Source of the DNA: Eledone cirrhosa
Lineage: Eukaryota
Assembly: GCA_964016885.1 (NCBI GenBank)
Contig: OZ024740.1
Coordinates: 285,262,001 to 285,326,000, forward strand
Reading direction: 5' to 3'
DNA length: 64,000 nt
Numbering within the stretch: position 1 is the first letter of the stretch; each line of letters starts with the position of its first letter. Positions 61,844 to 64,000 of the stretch are shown piece by piece. The notes under the pieces are model-generated. The model was not told where the DNA came from. It was given only the letters and a program-made list of their open reading frames with translations, and did not search any database. Both the position numbers and the translations under genes were made by a program.

Positions 61844-63115
61844 TATCAGATCATTGCAAAAGTTCATGCCCAATTTTCATTGTCAATATAATATGACTGC
61901 AACTTGACACTGGTGTTTGTTGTGGTACCGATTTCTGGTGTGTTCTAGATTGAAACCTTGTATTGTTCAGTTGCGAGTCAGACTTTGTTGAATGTTGATG
62001 TTTTGTCCACAAATGAATGCCTTAAAGATGGAGGATGAAAGGTTGCACTTTCATCATATTATGCTCTATGAATTTCGGAAAGGAGTAAGCATTAGAACTG
62101 CAATAAAAAACATTCAGAAGGTTTATTTGGATTATGCTTCAGCTCTTCGGATGGTCGAAATGTTGCTTGACTGATTTCATCAGGGTAATTTTAACTTAAA
62201 TGCTCTATGCAGCCTTCCAGCATCAATGAAGATACTCTGTTTGCCATCGTGGAGAATAAACTGAAGATTTTGATGGAAGAAATTGCTAAAAATTTGAAAA
62301 TCGATATCTCGGCTGCCTTTCGCCATTTGAAGAAACTTGGGTCATTTCAAAACTCGACATGTGGGTGTTATATTCTCTGACGGAACAGATTAAGCTCAGT
62401 CATGTTTCTGTGGCGATTTCTTTGCTGTTACACCACAAAAAGGAGACATTCTTGATCAGAATTGTCACAGATGATGAAAAATGGATTGTTTATGATAATG
62501 TCTGAAGCAAACAGAGCTGAAAACAAGCTTGTGAAAGTGCAGAACCAATGGCTAAAGCCGGCTTGCATCCAATAAAGGTGTTGCTGTCTGTTTGGAGGGA
62601 TTGTAGAGGGATAATTCACTTTGAGCTTCTTCCAGCCAGTGAAACAATAACTGCAAAGAAGTATTGCGACCAACTCACCAATCTCAATGCAGCTATTCAA
62701 GAGCAGACGATTTTGGCAAATCAAAAAGATCCCATTTTCCACCACGACAACACAAGACTATATGTTGCAAAACAGACCTTGCAGAACCTTACAGAGTTGA
62801 AATTGGAAATTCTCCAGCACCTACCTTATTCTCCTAACTTGGCTCCTTCATATTTTCATTTATTCTTGTCACTACAGAACAATTTAAATGACAAAGACTT
62901 TGACTCTGTACAGTCAGTCGAAAACTACCTCACAACCGTCTTTTTACAAAAGACACAAAATTTCAATAAAAATGGCATCAACAAGCATGTAGAATGATGG
63001 GAGAAAGTTGTTAAAAAGAATTGACTCTAAGTACTTAACTAATATGTTTTTTTATATATTAAGTTTAATTTTTTTAATTCTCTAATCTAGCACAAACTTT
63101 TGCAATGATTCAATA
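61844..63115 (+). mobile_element. Mariner (D,D34D-type) transposon, decayed, in MRPL3 intron 4
   Basis: About 1.27 kb; inverted ends tatcagatcattgcaaaagtt / aacttttgcaatgattcaata; motifs IVTDDEKWIVYDN, FHHDN, HLPYSPNLAPSYFHLF, with stops and frameshifts. Confidence 0.9.
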
Positions 63116-63230
63116 TCTTGAACTAAAAAAGATGCTATATAATGTTTATATTTAGCTTAACCCTTTCATATTTTTAGTTTTAATTCTTATACTGTTTATA
63201 AACCGATTTAAGTTTTGTTTTCATTTATAG

Positions 63231-63330
63231 TTTACAACAGAATACAATGACTTATTTAGGAAAACTGGTCTTCCCCCTAAGCGTAAGCTTGCAAGGTTTC
63301 TGGTGACACCAAATGCTGCTATACAACCAG
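63231..63330 (+). CDS. MRPL3: MRPL3 exon 5 (gene continues beyond window)
   Basis: tttatag acceptor and cag|gtaaga donor; FTTEYNDLFRKTGLPPKRKLARFLVTPNAAIQPG matches the MRPL3 GLPPK...NAAI.PG motif. Confidence 0.95.
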
Positions 63331-63559
63331 GTAAGAAATTGTTTTTCAAAGAATCTATTTTCTGATAGTTTGAGTCTTATTCATTCACGCTTGAATATTA
63401 TATATATATTTCTTTTCTGTGTGGAATGAAAAACTGATTAGAATTTTAATAAATACTCTTAAGACTTATTTCAACTTCATTCTCCTTTTTTCCAATAATA
63501 TACAACATTTCTTAGCAAATAGTCTTCGAAATGTGCCTAGTGATAATGATAGGAGACTA

Positions 63560-63850
63560 GTGGTAAATCATTTCTGGAAAGGGGATGTCTCACATTCACA
63601 GCATAACAAAATCTGAGTCCCAAAGAGTAGCCTTCTTTTTTTCTTTTTTCCGAACCAGAAAATACTTTACTTCAAATCAGTTACTGACTTTCTACAAGGC
63701 TCAAGTTAGATCCACAATGGAATACTGCTTCTATACATGGGACAGTGTCACTACTACACATACAGACTAAATTCCGATTATGAGATTATGAAAATATCAA
63801 GCACCTCTCCTTGACTTGGGCCACTTTTGTCTAGGTTTGAATTTCTTCAA
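63560..63850 (+). mobile_element. Degraded Jockey/CR1-group LINE fragment
   Basis: HIHSITK..FRTRKYFTSNQLLTFYKAQVRSTMEYC..W. Confidence 0.6.
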
Positions 63851-64000
63851 CACATCTTCAATTGATATTAAACATTATAATGCCAATTTTTGACAGCAGA
63901 AAGAAATAACTCACCTACAGAACTCAAACCATGTATCCATTATTTGGTCTGTTTCAAATTAGTATATATAATGTCTAATAACAATTACATTAAAATCTTA

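Overview
AT-rich, repeat-dense animal genomic DNA, most likely an octopod cephalopod. That assignment is an inference from the tRNA-derived SINE types, RTE LINEs with (GAT)n tails and abundant (TA)n arrays. The one host gene I can support is the 5' part of mitochondrial ribosomal protein L3 (MRPL3, + strand, 5 exons, 36180-63330, continuing past the window), with a probable GC-AG first intron. The rest is transposon-derived: an apparently intact RTE LINE (APE endonuclease + RT with an embedded PHD finger) and decayed relatives, RTE-tailed and other SINEs, a two-LTR Gypsy element, CRE-like and CR1-like LINE fragments, a mariner, Helitrons, hAT/piggyBac/Tc MITEs, a Merlin fragment, two minisatellites and one 200-N gap. 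The most notable unannotated signal is about nine type-I hammerhead ribozyme motifs between 3 and 27.5 kb. They sit in short, non-coding, often fold-back modules within (TA)n tracts, show compensatory base changes, and resemble Penelope-like-element terminal repeats or retrozymes. All calls were made by eye; no searches or folding were run.
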